A DNA stretch of 64,000 nucleotides from Candidatus Fraserbacteria bacterium. GTDB taxonomy: Bacteria > Bipolaricaulota > Bipolaricaulia > RBG-16-55-9 > JAJCYT01. Location of the stretch: NCBI GenBank assembly GCA_029262795.1, contig JAJCYT010000018.1, positions 3,762 to 67,761 of the forward strand, read 5' to 3'. The notes under the pieces were generated by a model. That model was not told the DNA's origin. It saw nothing but the letters and a program-made list of their open reading frames with translations, and ran no database searches. Position numbers and translations under genes: made by a program. Shown piece by piece: positions 1 through 9,295 of the stretch (position 1 is its first letter; each line of letters begins with the position of its first letter).

Positions 1-738
1 GCCTAAAATAATGGGGTCAATGCCTTTACCCCATTTGATTTCACCTAGAGAGCGGCCAATCATGGGAGAATCCGCTCGCACCACAAATTCACGCAGGCGC
101 TGGCGAATGCGAAAACGGTCTAATGGATCAGCTTCAGCACGTTTTCGTGGCAACACGGTATGGCCCAGAAAGCCGACATAAAGTGAACCGAACAACAGTA
201 AAACCACACTGATCAAGGCAAAATCAAACACGCCAAAAGCTATCATCCCTTGAGCACTCATGGCCCAGACCAACAATAAAGCCGCAGGACTGCCCACCAA
301 CCACATGGTGCGCCCCAGCAATGCCCCATAAGCCAGAGGCATCAATAACTTGGAAGGAGGAATGCCATGTTTTCGCCCCGCGCGAATGGTCCCTGGCATC
401 AACGTGCCAATGGCCAGTTCATCCTGCATGATGCTCGCCAATAGGCCACTGCCCCACATACTCCAAAAGCTGATGCTGCCTGCGCTGCTCGCCCGCCATT
501 TAAGAAACGATTCCCAGTAACGGCTCAGTTCAATGCCACGGGCGGAATAACTCAGGATCATAAATGCTGCCATCGTCAACACCGCGGGATTACTAAATCC
601 AGCCAGTGTTTGTTCCAACGACAAAGCACCACTCAGCTGTAAGGCAATGGCTGTGGCAATTACCACAAAATCTGGACGCATCCGCCGAGATGTCAATAGC
701 GCAAAGCCAATGCCAAGAATAAGCCAGGTTGTGTTCAT
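1..738 (-). CDS. DASS/SLC13-type anion permease with internal TrkA-C domain (partial, continues past window start)
   Basis: Minus-strand translation from ATG (CAT at 736-738) gives MNTTWLILGIGFALLTSRRMRPDFVVIATAIALQ... with hydrophobic TM segments, then a soluble stretch RFRIRQRLREFVVRADSPMIGRSLGEIKW typical of TrkA-C. GGAGGGG RBS upstream. Not in the ORF track because it runs off the edge. Confidence 0.6.
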   Translation of the reverse strand, partial: MNTTWLILGIGFALLTSRRMRPDFVVIATAIALQLSGALSLEQTLAGFSNPAVLTMAAFMILSYSARGIELSRYWESFLKWRASSAGSISFWSMWGSGLLASIMQDELAIGTLMPGTIRAGRKHGIPPSKLLMPLAYGALLGRTMWLVGSPAALLLVWAMSAQGMIAFGVFDFALISVVLLLFGSLYVGFLGHTVLPRKRAEADPLDRFRIRQRLREFVVRADSPMIGRSLGEIKWGKGIDPIILG

Positions 739-926
739 ACCCCTCCAAGAAACCTGATAAGGATTATACCCCGAAGCACCCGCTGACGAAAAACGACGCA
801 TTGACTGATTGAAAAGCGCTTAAACAGACAACTTTGATTGAATAAATTTAAAATCTCAATAAAAGGCTTGTTCAAGCCCCATTGGCTCGGTATGCTAAGG
901 CATCTTCCAGATGCAAAGAAAGAAAC

Positions 927-3332
927 ATGATCAAGAAACTAGATGCAAAAAAGCTCTACAGACACTGTGACCCAAAATCTTTAGGCTTCAAAACCACCGA
1001 CGACCTCACTCCCCTGAATGACATCATTGGACAAGAGCGTGCTGTCAGAGCACTGGAGCTAGGCTTGGGCATCCGAGACCGCCGCTATAACATTTATGTC
1101 GCTGGCGATCCAGGCACAGGCAAAACATCCATCGTCAAAACATTCCTGGAGCGCGTGAGTGCCAAAGAGGATCAACCTCCAGATTTATGTTATGTGAGAA
1201 ATTTTAAAGACCCTTATCGTCCGCTTCCGCTACAACTTCCTGCGGGCAAAGGCATACAATTATGTCAGACCATGGACCAGATGATTGATGGCTTGAAGAT
1301 GAGTATCCCTGCCGCCTTCGAAAGCGAAGAATATCGTGATCGACGACGTAAAATTGACGAATTGGCCGTGGCCAATCGTGCCCACATTTTTGAATTGCTC
1401 GAAGCCGAAGCTGAAAAGCGAGGTTTTTCATTACAACGCACCCCCATTGGCATCAATGCCATTCCTGTATTGGACGGCAAACCGTTGACCGAAGAGCAGT
1501 TTCAGCAACTGGAGCCTAAACAACGCCAGAAGTTTGAAAAAGGCCAAACCGAAATTCAGCCCTTGGTGCAGGAAGCCATTCACGAAGTCTCCAGCCTGGA
1601 AGAACAGCGCGTGGAGCAAATGACACAACTCAATCAACAGGTGGCTTCTTATCTCATTCAACCTGCTGTCAGCAAAATCAAAATGCATTTCACAGATCAA
1701 GCAGATGTGCTGGAGTATTTGGAAGATGTGGCACATGATCTGATGAAAAACGTGGATCAGTTTTTCAGCGAAAGCGATGATGATGACAGCGAAGCCAAAG
1801 CACCCTCACCTGCCTTTGGCGAAGAAAACGATCCATTTAACAAATACAAAGTCAACGTATTGGTCGACAACACCCACACCGAAGGTGCGCCTGTGGTCGT
1901 GTTGGACAACGCCACTTACCCCAATCTGTTTGGCAAAGTGGAGTATCGGGCCATGATGGGCACATTGATTTCGGACTTCACCTTGATCAAAGCCGGTTCT
2001 CTTCATCAGGCTAACGGTGGTTATTTGGTATTGAATGCCGATAATCTGATGCGAAACCCTTTGTCCTGGGAAGGGCTGAAAGTCGCATTCAAAGCGGGCG
2101 AAGTCGGCATTGAAGACGCTTCATCTCTAACAGGTCAAACCACCATCGAAGGGTTACGTCCCAGACCCATTCCATTGGATGTCAAAGTCATTATTGTGGG
2201 CAGCCATTATCTGTATCAAATGATTGAATCCTATGATGAAGATTTCAAAAAATTCTTTAATGTGAAATGTGATTTTTCTGACCGTGTGCCCTGGAAAGCC
2301 AACTACGTCAAACAATTTGGCCCCTTGATCAAAAAGCGGTGCGAGGAATACTGCCTACTGCCCTTTGACAACACCGGCGTGGCCCGCGTTGTGGAGTACG
2401 CCGCGCAATTGGTCAGCAGTCAGCAAAAGCTGTCGGCACGTTTCAGCGACATCATGGTGATTGCCCGTGAAGCCGTTTACTGGGCGCAACAGGCTGACAA
2501 AACCAAAGTGTCTGTGGCGCACGTGGAGCAGGCCATCGAAGAAAAACATTATCGCAGCAACTTGGTCGAAGAATATATTCAGGAAATGATCGAAGATGGT
2601 AACATCCTGGTGTCGGTCAAGAAAACCGCTGTGGGCCAGGTCAACGGATTGTCTGTATACGACCTGGGCGATATCTCATTTGGTCGCCCCACCCGCATCA
2701 CGGCCACCGTATTTATGGGCAAAGACGGCATGGTGGACATCGAATCCGAAGCTGACCTGTCTGGCAAAATTCACACCAAGAGCCAGTACATCATTAAAGG
2801 CTGGTTTGGTGAAATGTTTGCCAGCGATCAACCTTTGTCCTTATCTGGCAGCCTGACGTTTGAACAAAGCTACGGCCCTGTGGATGGCGACAGCGCCTCT
2901 TTGGCTGAGTTGATCACCTTACTATCCGCCTTGTCTGGTGTGCCTGTGAAACAGGAACTGGCCATCACTGGCTCGATGAATCAAAAGGGAGAAGCCCAAC
3001 CCATCGGTGGCGTGAATGACAAAGTGGAAGGTTTTTTCCACGTTTGTGCTGCCAAAAAATTGACAGGCAATCAAGGCGTGGTCATTCCCGCACAAAATGA
3101 AAAAGACCTCATGCTCCATCGCGATGTGGTCAATGCGGTTAAGGCAGGGAAATTCCATATATGGTCAGTGAAAAATCTGGACGATGCAGTTGAAGTATTG
3201 ATGGGTGAAAAACCTGGCAAACGAACGCGGGGGAAATTCCCCGAAGGGTCCATTTACGACAAAGTCAACGAACGATTAAAATCCTTTAACAAAGGGTTAG
3301 ACGGCGCGAGTGAGAGTGAAGCAGACGCATAG
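927..3332 (+). CDS. Lon-like ATP-dependent protease (COG1067/LonB-like: AAA+ ATPase + S16 Lon proteolytic domain)
   Basis: Walker A GDPGTGKTS. C-terminal Lon protease domain with SGPVDGDSASLAELITLLSAL...GGVNDKV (Ser-Lys dyad region). ORF track starts at TTG 882; ATG 927 is preferred as the start. Confidence 0.8.
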   Translation: MIKKLDAKKLYRHCDPKSLGFKTTDDLTPLNDIIGQERAVRALELGLGIRDRRYNIYVAGDPGTGKTSIVKTFLERVSAKEDQPPDLCYVRNFKDPYRPLPLQLPAGKGIQLCQTMDQMIDGLKMSIPAAFESEEYRDRRRKIDELAVANRAHIFELLEAEAEKRGFSLQRTPIGINAIPVLDGKPLTEEQFQQLEPKQRQKFEKGQTEIQPLVQEAIHEVSSLEEQRVEQMTQLNQQVASYLIQPAVSKIKMHFTDQADVLEYLEDVAHDLMKNVDQFFSESDDDDSEAKAPSPAFGEENDPFNKYKVNVLVDNTHTEGAPVVVLDNATYPNLFGKVEYRAMMGTLISDFTLIKAGSLHQANGGYLVLNADNLMRNPLSWEGLKVAFKAGEVGIEDASSLTGQTTIEGLRPRPIPLDVKVIIVGSHYLYQMIESYDEDFKKFFNVKCDFSDRVPWKANYVKQFGPLIKKRCEEYCLLPFDNTGVARVVEYAAQLVSSQQKLSARFSDIMVIAREAVYWAQQADKTKVSVAHVEQAIEEKHYRSNLVEEYIQEMIEDGNILVSVKKTAVGQVNGLSVYDLGDISFGRPTRITATVFMGKDGMVDIESEADLSGKIHTKSQYIIKGWFGEMFASDQPLSLSGSLTFEQSYGPVDGDSASLAELITLLSALSGVPVKQELAITGSMNQKGEAQPIGGVNDKVEGFFHVCAAKKLTGNQGVVIPAQNEKDLMLHRDVVNAVKAGKFHIWSVKNLDDAVEVLMGEKPGKRTRGKFPEGSIYDKVNERLKSFNKGLDGASESEADA

Positions 3333-3370
3333 CTCACTCATTTTAGCCAATTTTCAGGAGGGCATCGGCC

Positions 3371-4675
3371 ATGGCAGTCGAGAAGAAAGCGAAACGACCA
3401 CGTAAATCCACCACAGAACTCAGGCGACTGAACGAAATCAGTATGCTGGACACCGCCCGCTACTTCTTCGATGTGGCTGCGGAGCGACTGGAACTGGAAG
3501 ACTGGGTGCGAAAAATGTTGCGCTTTCCCAAGCGCAAGCTGATTGTAAACATCCCTGTACAAATGGATGACGGCACCATTCAGAATTTTGAAGGCTTTCG
3601 TGTGCAATACCATCCCTTGCTCGGCCCCTGCAAAGGCGGCATCCGTTACCATCCCGATGTCACCGTGGAAGAAGTCGAAGCGCTGGCCGTGCTCATGACC
3701 TGGAAATGTTCTGTGATGAATCTGCCATTTGTTGGTGCCAAAGGCGGTATTCGTTGTAATCCCGCCGAAATGTCCAAGGTCGAGATCGAACGCATGACGC
3801 GCCGCTATGCCGCAGAGATCGCCCCTATTATCGGTCCAGATCAGGATATTCCCGCACCAGACGTTTACACCGGAGAGCGGGAAATGGCCTGGATTGTGGA
3901 TACCATCAGCATGCACAATCACAGTTTTATGCCTGGGCTGGTTACGGGAAAACCAAAAGTACTCGGCGGCTCCGAAGGTCGCGAAGGGGCAACCGGACGC
4001 GGCGGATTTTATGTGGCTCAGGAAACCTTAAAACACCTGGGCATGAACTTCCGCGACACCAACATCGTCATTCAGGGGTTTGGCAATGTGGGCTATCATA
4101 TGGCCAAATATTGCTTCGATCAGGGTGCAAAAATTACCGCCGTCAGCGATGTCAACGGCGGCATCCACAACAGCAATGGCCTTGATATTCCCAAACTCAA
4201 ACAACATTTAAAAGACACCGGCAGCGTGGTCGGCTTTGCCGACAGCGAGCGCGTCGAGAACAAAGATTTGTTAGAGTTGGATTGTGATATGCTTGTGCCT
4301 GCCGCATTGGAAAACCAGATCACCGAAGAAAATGCAGATCGCATCAAAGCCAAGATGATTATCGAATTGGCCAATGGCCCCACAACTTTGGAGGCGGATC
4401 GCATTCTCTACGAACGTGGTGTGTTTGTGGCACCCGACATCCTGGCCAACGCTGGTGGCGTAACTGTGTCTTACTTTGAGTGGGTGCAGGACCGCGCCTT
4501 CTACTTCTGGGATGCAGGCACCGTGGACCACATGCTCAAACGCTATATGACTGAAGCATTCCAGCGTGTGCTGGGAATGCACCTTGACCATGGCGTGGAA
4601 ATGAGAACCGCCGCCTACATGGTGTCCGTTAATCGTGTGGCTGAAGCTGCGCGTGTGCGTGGGTTGTATGCTTAA
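3371..4675 (+). CDS. gdh: Glutamate dehydrogenase (Glu/Leu/Phe/Val dehydrogenase family)
   Basis: GDH signature KGGIRYHP...MTWKCSVMNLPFVGAKGGI. NAD(P)-binding GFGNVG. AGGAGG RBS 11 nt upstream of ATG. Confidence 0.9.
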   Translation: MAVEKKAKRPRKSTTELRRLNEISMLDTARYFFDVAAERLELEDWVRKMLRFPKRKLIVNIPVQMDDGTIQNFEGFRVQYHPLLGPCKGGIRYHPDVTVEEVEALAVLMTWKCSVMNLPFVGAKGGIRCNPAEMSKVEIERMTRRYAAEIAPIIGPDQDIPAPDVYTGEREMAWIVDTISMHNHSFMPGLVTGKPKVLGGSEGREGATGRGGFYVAQETLKHLGMNFRDTNIVIQGFGNVGYHMAKYCFDQGAKITAVSDVNGGIHNSNGLDIPKLKQHLKDTGSVVGFADSERVENKDLLELDCDMLVPAALENQITEENADRIKAKMIIELANGPTTLEADRILYERGVFVAPDILANAGGVTVSYFEWVQDRAFYFWDAGTVDHMLKRYMTEAFQRVLGMHLDHGVEMRTAAYMVSVNRVAEAARVRGLYA

Positions 4676-4720
4676 TAAAGGCAGTTTAAAGCAACTTAAA
4701 AATATTTATGTGAAAAGCTT

Positions 4721-4778
4721 CTAACCCCAACCCCTTTTCAAGAAGGGAGTCCCTTCCTCATCGAAAAGGGGCTACGGT
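4721..4778. repeat. G/C-rich palindromic repeat element (CCCCAACCCC + hairpin CCCCTTTTC...GAAAAGGGG with nested mini-hairpin), terminator-like, downstream of gdh
   Basis: 9-bp perfect stem 4731-4739 / 4763-4771. Shares the CCCCCAACCCCCTT-loop-AAGGGGG architecture with copies at 7957, 50834 and 51124. Confidence 0.5.
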
Positions 4779-4838
4779 TTAACTTTGAGGTTAGTTCTTA
4801 ATGATGAATCGGCCTCTTTTTGAGATTAGAAAATATTC

Positions 4839-6773
4839 ATGAATAAATTTGTTTGGGAACCTTCCGAAGAAGTCATCAACCGAAGCAACATCAAAGCTTT
4901 TATGGATCGTCACGGCATCGACGATTATGCCCAACTGATAGAAAAAACCACGGATGATATTGAGTGGTTCTGGGAAACGATGGCTCAGGAATTGGACATT
5001 CAGTGGTTTACTCCCTATGAAAAAATATTGGACACATCGGATGGTATTCCTTGGGCCAAATGGTTCGTGGGTGGCAAACTCAATTTGGCTTATCAATGCG
5101 TGGATTACCACGCGCAAAAAACACCCAATCGAACGGCCCTCATCAATGAACACGAAGACGGAAAAGTTCGTGCCTACACTTATGTCGAACTTTTGAGTGA
5201 GGTCAATCGCCTTTGCAATGCGCTGAAAAATCAGGGCATTGAACCAGGCGATCGCGTTGGCATTTATCTGCCCATGATTCTGGAAAACGTGGTTGCTTTA
5301 CTGGCTGTGGTCAAACTGGGCGCGATCTTTACACCGATTTTTTCCGGCTTTGCCGCTTCAGCAGTCGCTTCCAGAATCAATGACTGCGAAGCTAAAATTC
5401 TCATTACTGCCGATGGTTTTTATCGCAAGGGCAGTGTGATCTCGATGAAAGCCATTGCTGATGAAGCGATTAAAAAATGTCCTTCCATCGAACACATTGT
5501 GGTTTGCAAAAACACAGACACTGAGGTTGATTTCAATCCCGATCGCGACCTCTGGTGGCATGAAGTCACTGAGCAAGTCGATAACCAATTTGAAGCCGAA
5601 CCAATGGATTCGGAGGCCCCTTTTATGATTGCTTACACCTCCGGCACCACAGGCAAACCCAAAGGCGTGGTGCATGTGCATGGTGGTTTCCTGGTCAAAA
5701 TTGCCCAGGAGGTCTACCATCAGACCGACCTGCACCCAGAGGAAGACGTGTTGTTTTGGATCACTGACATGGGTTGGATCATGGGACCCTGGGAAGTGGT
5801 CGGCGGTTTGGCATCGGGTGGCACTGTCTTCTTATACGAAGGCGCACCAGACTATCCAGGTCCAGACCGGCTATGGCAAATGGTGGATCGCCACAACATT
5901 TCCATCCTAGGCGTGTCTCCCACACTGATACGCGCATTGACCAAATTCGGCACGGAGCCATTGAAAAAACATAATCTGTCCAGCATCCGCATCATCGGTT
6001 CGACGGGGGAGCCTTGGAACCCTGAACCCTATCGCTGGTGTCTGGAGCATGTGGGCGGTAATCGTGCGCCGATTATTAACATCTCCGGTGGAACTGAAGT
6101 TGGCGCCTGTTTTTTGTCACCACTCCCCATCACACCATTGAAGCCTTGCGCTTTGGTCGGACCGTCGTTGGGTATGGATATTGATGTGGTGGATTCAGAT
6201 GGCAATTCCGTTCGCGGCGAAGTGGGCGAGCTTATTTGTCGCAAACCCTGGCCAGGGATGACGCGTGGCGTGTGGAAAGATCCGCAACGTTATTTGGACA
6301 CATATTGGCATCGCTGGGATAATATTTGGGTCCACGGTGACTGGGCTTCTATCGACGAAGATGGCCTGTGGTTCCTGCATGGGCGCAGCGATGACACAAT
6401 CAACATTGCTGGAAAACGGGTTGGCCCTGCCGAATTTGAATCGGCATTGGTCGAACACCCCGCCGTGATGGAAGCGGCTGCGGTGGGCGTGCCTCACGAA
6501 CTCAAAGGCGAGACTGTGTGGTGTTATGCGGTGCTGAAACCTGATCAAACAGTCAATGAAGATTTGCGCCAAGCGCTGTTCGACACCGTCACTTCGGTGA
6601 TGGGAAAAGCGTTCAAGCCTGGAAAAATTCAATTTGTCAACGAACTGCCCAAAACCAGAAGCGCCAAAATTGTACGTCGTGCCGTCAGAGCTGCCGCCCT
6701 CAATGAAGACCCAGGCGATTTATCCTCACTCGAAAACCCAAGCGCCTTAAACGCAATTCAGAACGCAACTTAA
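4839..6773 (+). CDS. AMP-forming acyl-CoA synthetase (acetyl-/propionyl-CoA synthetase family)
   Basis: 644 aa. AMP-binding motif YTSGTTGKPKGV. ACS-like N-terminus (WFxGGKLN). C-terminal motifs consistent with the ACS family. Confidence 0.85.
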   Translation: MNKFVWEPSEEVINRSNIKAFMDRHGIDDYAQLIEKTTDDIEWFWETMAQELDIQWFTPYEKILDTSDGIPWAKWFVGGKLNLAYQCVDYHAQKTPNRTALINEHEDGKVRAYTYVELLSEVNRLCNALKNQGIEPGDRVGIYLPMILENVVALLAVVKLGAIFTPIFSGFAASAVASRINDCEAKILITADGFYRKGSVISMKAIADEAIKKCPSIEHIVVCKNTDTEVDFNPDRDLWWHEVTEQVDNQFEAEPMDSEAPFMIAYTSGTTGKPKGVVHVHGGFLVKIAQEVYHQTDLHPEEDVLFWITDMGWIMGPWEVVGGLASGGTVFLYEGAPDYPGPDRLWQMVDRHNISILGVSPTLIRALTKFGTEPLKKHNLSSIRIIGSTGEPWNPEPYRWCLEHVGGNRAPIINISGGTEVGACFLSPLPITPLKPCALVGPSLGMDIDVVDSDGNSVRGEVGELICRKPWPGMTRGVWKDPQRYLDTYWHRWDNIWVHGDWASIDEDGLWFLHGRSDDTINIAGKRVGPAEFESALVEHPAVMEAAAVGVPHELKGETVWCYAVLKPDQTVNEDLRQALFDTVTSVMGKAFKPGKIQFVNELPKTRSAKIVRRAVRAAALNEDPGDLSSLENPSALNAIQNAT

Positions 6774-6863
6774 CTGGCTTCAACAACATCTGTCACACTC
6801 AGCCATTTGGTTGTTAATATGCCTTCATCAGGGTTGAGAAATTTTTTATTTGGAGGACATTTT

Positions 6864-7889
6864 ATGTCCAGGTATGTTTTTATTCTCACCATTCTGATCG
6901 GAGTTTGGATGTCATTTGATCAAAGCCCGCCAGCCTCAGCATTACAGCAAAGCAATTGTAATTTGCCACAAACCCCATTTGCCTTTGAAGGCAATCAGTC
7001 CGAACTTCCTCCGCTAAAACGAGGGAATGATCTTTACACCAACCCTGGGGCAGTCATTTTTCACGATGGCCTATTCCATATGTTCCGTAACAATTTCACC
7101 AACTGGCCTGGACTCATTCGTGTGTTTCATCTCACTTCAACCGATGGCATAACTTGGTCCACCAAAGATGAAACTCCAGTGTTTGCCAGCAGCGAAGTGT
7201 CGTTTGCCAATCCTGGTGCAGATGTGTCTAGTGGTTATGTGGCTGATGATGGCACGTGGGTGTTGTATTTCCACACGGTGAATTTCACTGGTGGTTCTGT
7301 GATTGGCCGCATGACGGCGGATTCTCCACTTGGCCCTTGGGTGGTGGATGAAGAACCTGTGCTGCGTCCTGGCAGTGGGTCTGCCTGGGATCGTCGCAAT
7401 GTGGTTTGGCCAAGTGTGGTGCAAACTGATGAAGGTTTTGTGATGTTCTACGGTGGAGAGCGCAGCAGCCGCCAATCCAACATTGGCCGTGCCACTTCCA
7501 CGGATGGCATTAACTGGATCAAGCACAACGATCCAAATACAGATGGTGCATTTGAAGAAAGTGATCCCATTGCTTTGCCAGAGGAAAGTTGGGAGGGTGG
7601 GATTCGCAACCGTCCTGAAGTTCAATTGACGCCGGATGGTTGGGTGATGGTGTTTCAAGGTGGATCTAAGCTCAACAATCGCGGCTTGGCTGTGAGTCAG
7701 GACGGCATTGTGTGGACGCCTCATTCAAATAACCCTGTATTGCAAGGCGAAGATTTTCCCATCACTGGAACCACTTGGGACACGGCTTTGGCCTTCAATG
7801 GAGAAGATTATTTCTACTTCATGGAAATCGGCAGCTTGGCGTTTACAGATATTTTCGTGGCCAGTCATCGCGGCCTGCTTTGCCGCTAA
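6864..7889 (+). CDS. Beta-propeller glycoside hydrolase (GH43/GH130-like fold) with N-terminal membrane anchor/signal
   Basis: Repeated blades DGTWVLYFHT / DEGFVMFYGG / DGWVMVFQGG. N-terminal hydrophobic segment. GGAGG RBS before ATG 6864 (ORF track starts earlier at 6807). Confidence 0.55.
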   Translation: MSRYVFILTILIGVWMSFDQSPPASALQQSNCNLPQTPFAFEGNQSELPPLKRGNDLYTNPGAVIFHDGLFHMFRNNFTNWPGLIRVFHLTSTDGITWSTKDETPVFASSEVSFANPGADVSSGYVADDGTWVLYFHTVNFTGGSVIGRMTADSPLGPWVVDEEPVLRPGSGSAWDRRNVVWPSVVQTDEGFVMFYGGERSSRQSNIGRATSTDGINWIKHNDPNTDGAFEESDPIALPEESWEGGIRNRPEVQLTPDGWVMVFQGGSKLNNRGLAVSQDGIVWTPHSNNPVLQGEDFPITGTTWDTALAFNGEDYFYFMEIGSLAFTDIFVASHRGLLCR

Positions 7890-7956
7890 TTAAAACAAGA
7901 CCACTGACATAAAGAATAAAGATTCAATTTAAGAACAAACACCCGAATCCCCATCT

Positions 7957-8001
7957 TAGCCCCCTTCAGACGAAGGGGGTTGGGGGTTTGAAGCCTTTTA
8001 C
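7957..8001. repeat. G/C palindromic repeat element / bidirectional terminator between convergent genes
   Basis: tagCCCCCTTcagacgAAGGGGGttgggggtttgaagcc. Near-identical (about 45 nt) to the copy at 51124-51169. Confidence 0.6.
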
Positions 8002-8029
8002 ATTATTAACTTTATGTATTTCTTAGTTT

Positions 8030-8698
8030 TTAATTCTTCGCATCTACAACCTGAATGCCTGCATCCTTCAAATCCTTGACAATTTTGCGAAAGTCGTAGT
8101 CTTCGAGGCGGATGGCAACCACAGTTTTGCCCTGAGCGTCCTCCAATTGTTGGCGACACTCTTCACAGGTAACGAGGCTAAGGACGTTGGTTTCGTGCTG
8201 TTTAATCACATCCAGCACTTCGGCCAGTCTGCCAGGTTGGTCTTCCAGCGCCAGAGTAAGTCGTGACCCACCTTTACGCACGCCCATCACGCTGAGCAGG
8301 ATGGAAAAAATGTCAGATTCGGTAATGATGCCAACCAGATTACCTTCATCATCAACCACAGGTAGGCCACCAACTTTTTTCTCACGCATCAACAAGGCCA
8401 CTTGCTCCACCGAATCTTTGGGAGACACGCTGATCAGATCTTCTTCGGGCGTCATGATGTCGCTGACCTTGGTACGAGCCAGCAGGTAATTAAGCTCCCA
8501 AATACTCAGACTGGTGGCATCGGAAGGTCCGGCCTCTTGAATGTCACCCTGCGTTACAATGCCCACCAATTTGCCATCATGAAGCACAGGCAAGCGGCGC
8601 ACTTTGCTTTGTTTCATCGTATCTCTGGCTTCTAAGATTGGGGTATCAGCATCAATCGTGTTCACATCAGTCGTCATCCACATTTGGACAAACATCAT
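8030..8698 (-). CDS. CBS-domain protein (tandem CBS pairs, AcuB-like)
   Basis: Repeated CBS motifs (VRRLPVLHDGKLVGIVT, GGLPVVDDEGNLVGIITESD). AGGAGG RBS upstream of ATG. Confidence 0.8.
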   Translation of the reverse strand: MMFVQMWMTTDVNTIDADTPILEARDTMKQSKVRRLPVLHDGKLVGIVTQGDIQEAGPSDATSLSIWELNYLLARTKVSDIMTPEEDLISVSPKDSVEQVALLMREKKVGGLPVVDDEGNLVGIITESDIFSILLSVMGVRKGGSRLTLALEDQPGRLAEVLDVIKQHETNVLSLVTCEECRQQLEDAQGKTVVAIRLEDYDFRKIVKDLKDAGIQVVDAKN

Positions 8699-8809
8699 GA
8701 CCCTCCTTCAGTAACTACGCTCAGTTTAGCCAAGCGCCAGCAACTTCTCCATTGTGCAGATTTTTTAGTTAGCTTCGATGATGTGCGTCATTGGATGGGT
8801 TCATGTTCA

Positions 8810-9247
8810 TCAATTTTGCAAGAATGCCAATGCCTGATTGGCTTCGGGCGTGAGCTGCATGGTGCCTTCACCCACCTGGGCGCGAACGCAACGACCCTGA
8901 TTTGGCATACACACGGCCTGCTGACGGCCGGTCAGTTTGCTGACCACTTCGACCACTTTTGGATACAGATGAAACCCCAGCCATTGCAGCAAGCGAGGCA
9001 GGCCCAGCAAGCGGGTGGCTTCACGCGCGGCAGATTGCGCCCAAAACACGTGCTGCTGATCGAACAGATACATGGTAAAACCAGCATCGCTGCCAAACTG
9101 AGCGGTTAAAATATCCTGAGCCTGCGGGGATTGATAGGGCAGCAGTTCGAGCCTGCGACCACGATCCAGCCAGCGAGCCGTTTTTGCAAACCGTCGACAG
9201 TAGCTGCATTCGCCATCATAAATCAGCAATGTTTTTTCAGTTGCCAT
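8810..9247 (-). CDS. Thiol-disulfide oxidoreductase DCC family (DUF393)
   Basis: N-terminal LIYDGECSYCRR (CxxC) motif characteristic of DCC proteins. 145 aa. Confidence 0.75.
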   Translation of the reverse strand: MATEKTLLIYDGECSYCRRFAKTARWLDRGRRLELLPYQSPQAQDILTAQFGSDAGFTMYLFDQQHVFWAQSAAREATRLLGLPRLLQWLGFHLYPKVVEVVSKLTGRQQAVCMPNQGRCVRAQVGEGTMQLTPEANQALAFLQN

Positions 9248-9295
9248 ATCAAGTTTATGGTATCAGAAAGCCAGACTGAATCAACACAATGCCAC

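Noticed and set aside
882-3332. Lon-like protease as BREX BrxL / defence system component
   Set aside because: No PglX, BrxC, BrxA/B or PglZ genes in the neighbourhood. Flanked by metabolic and transport genes.
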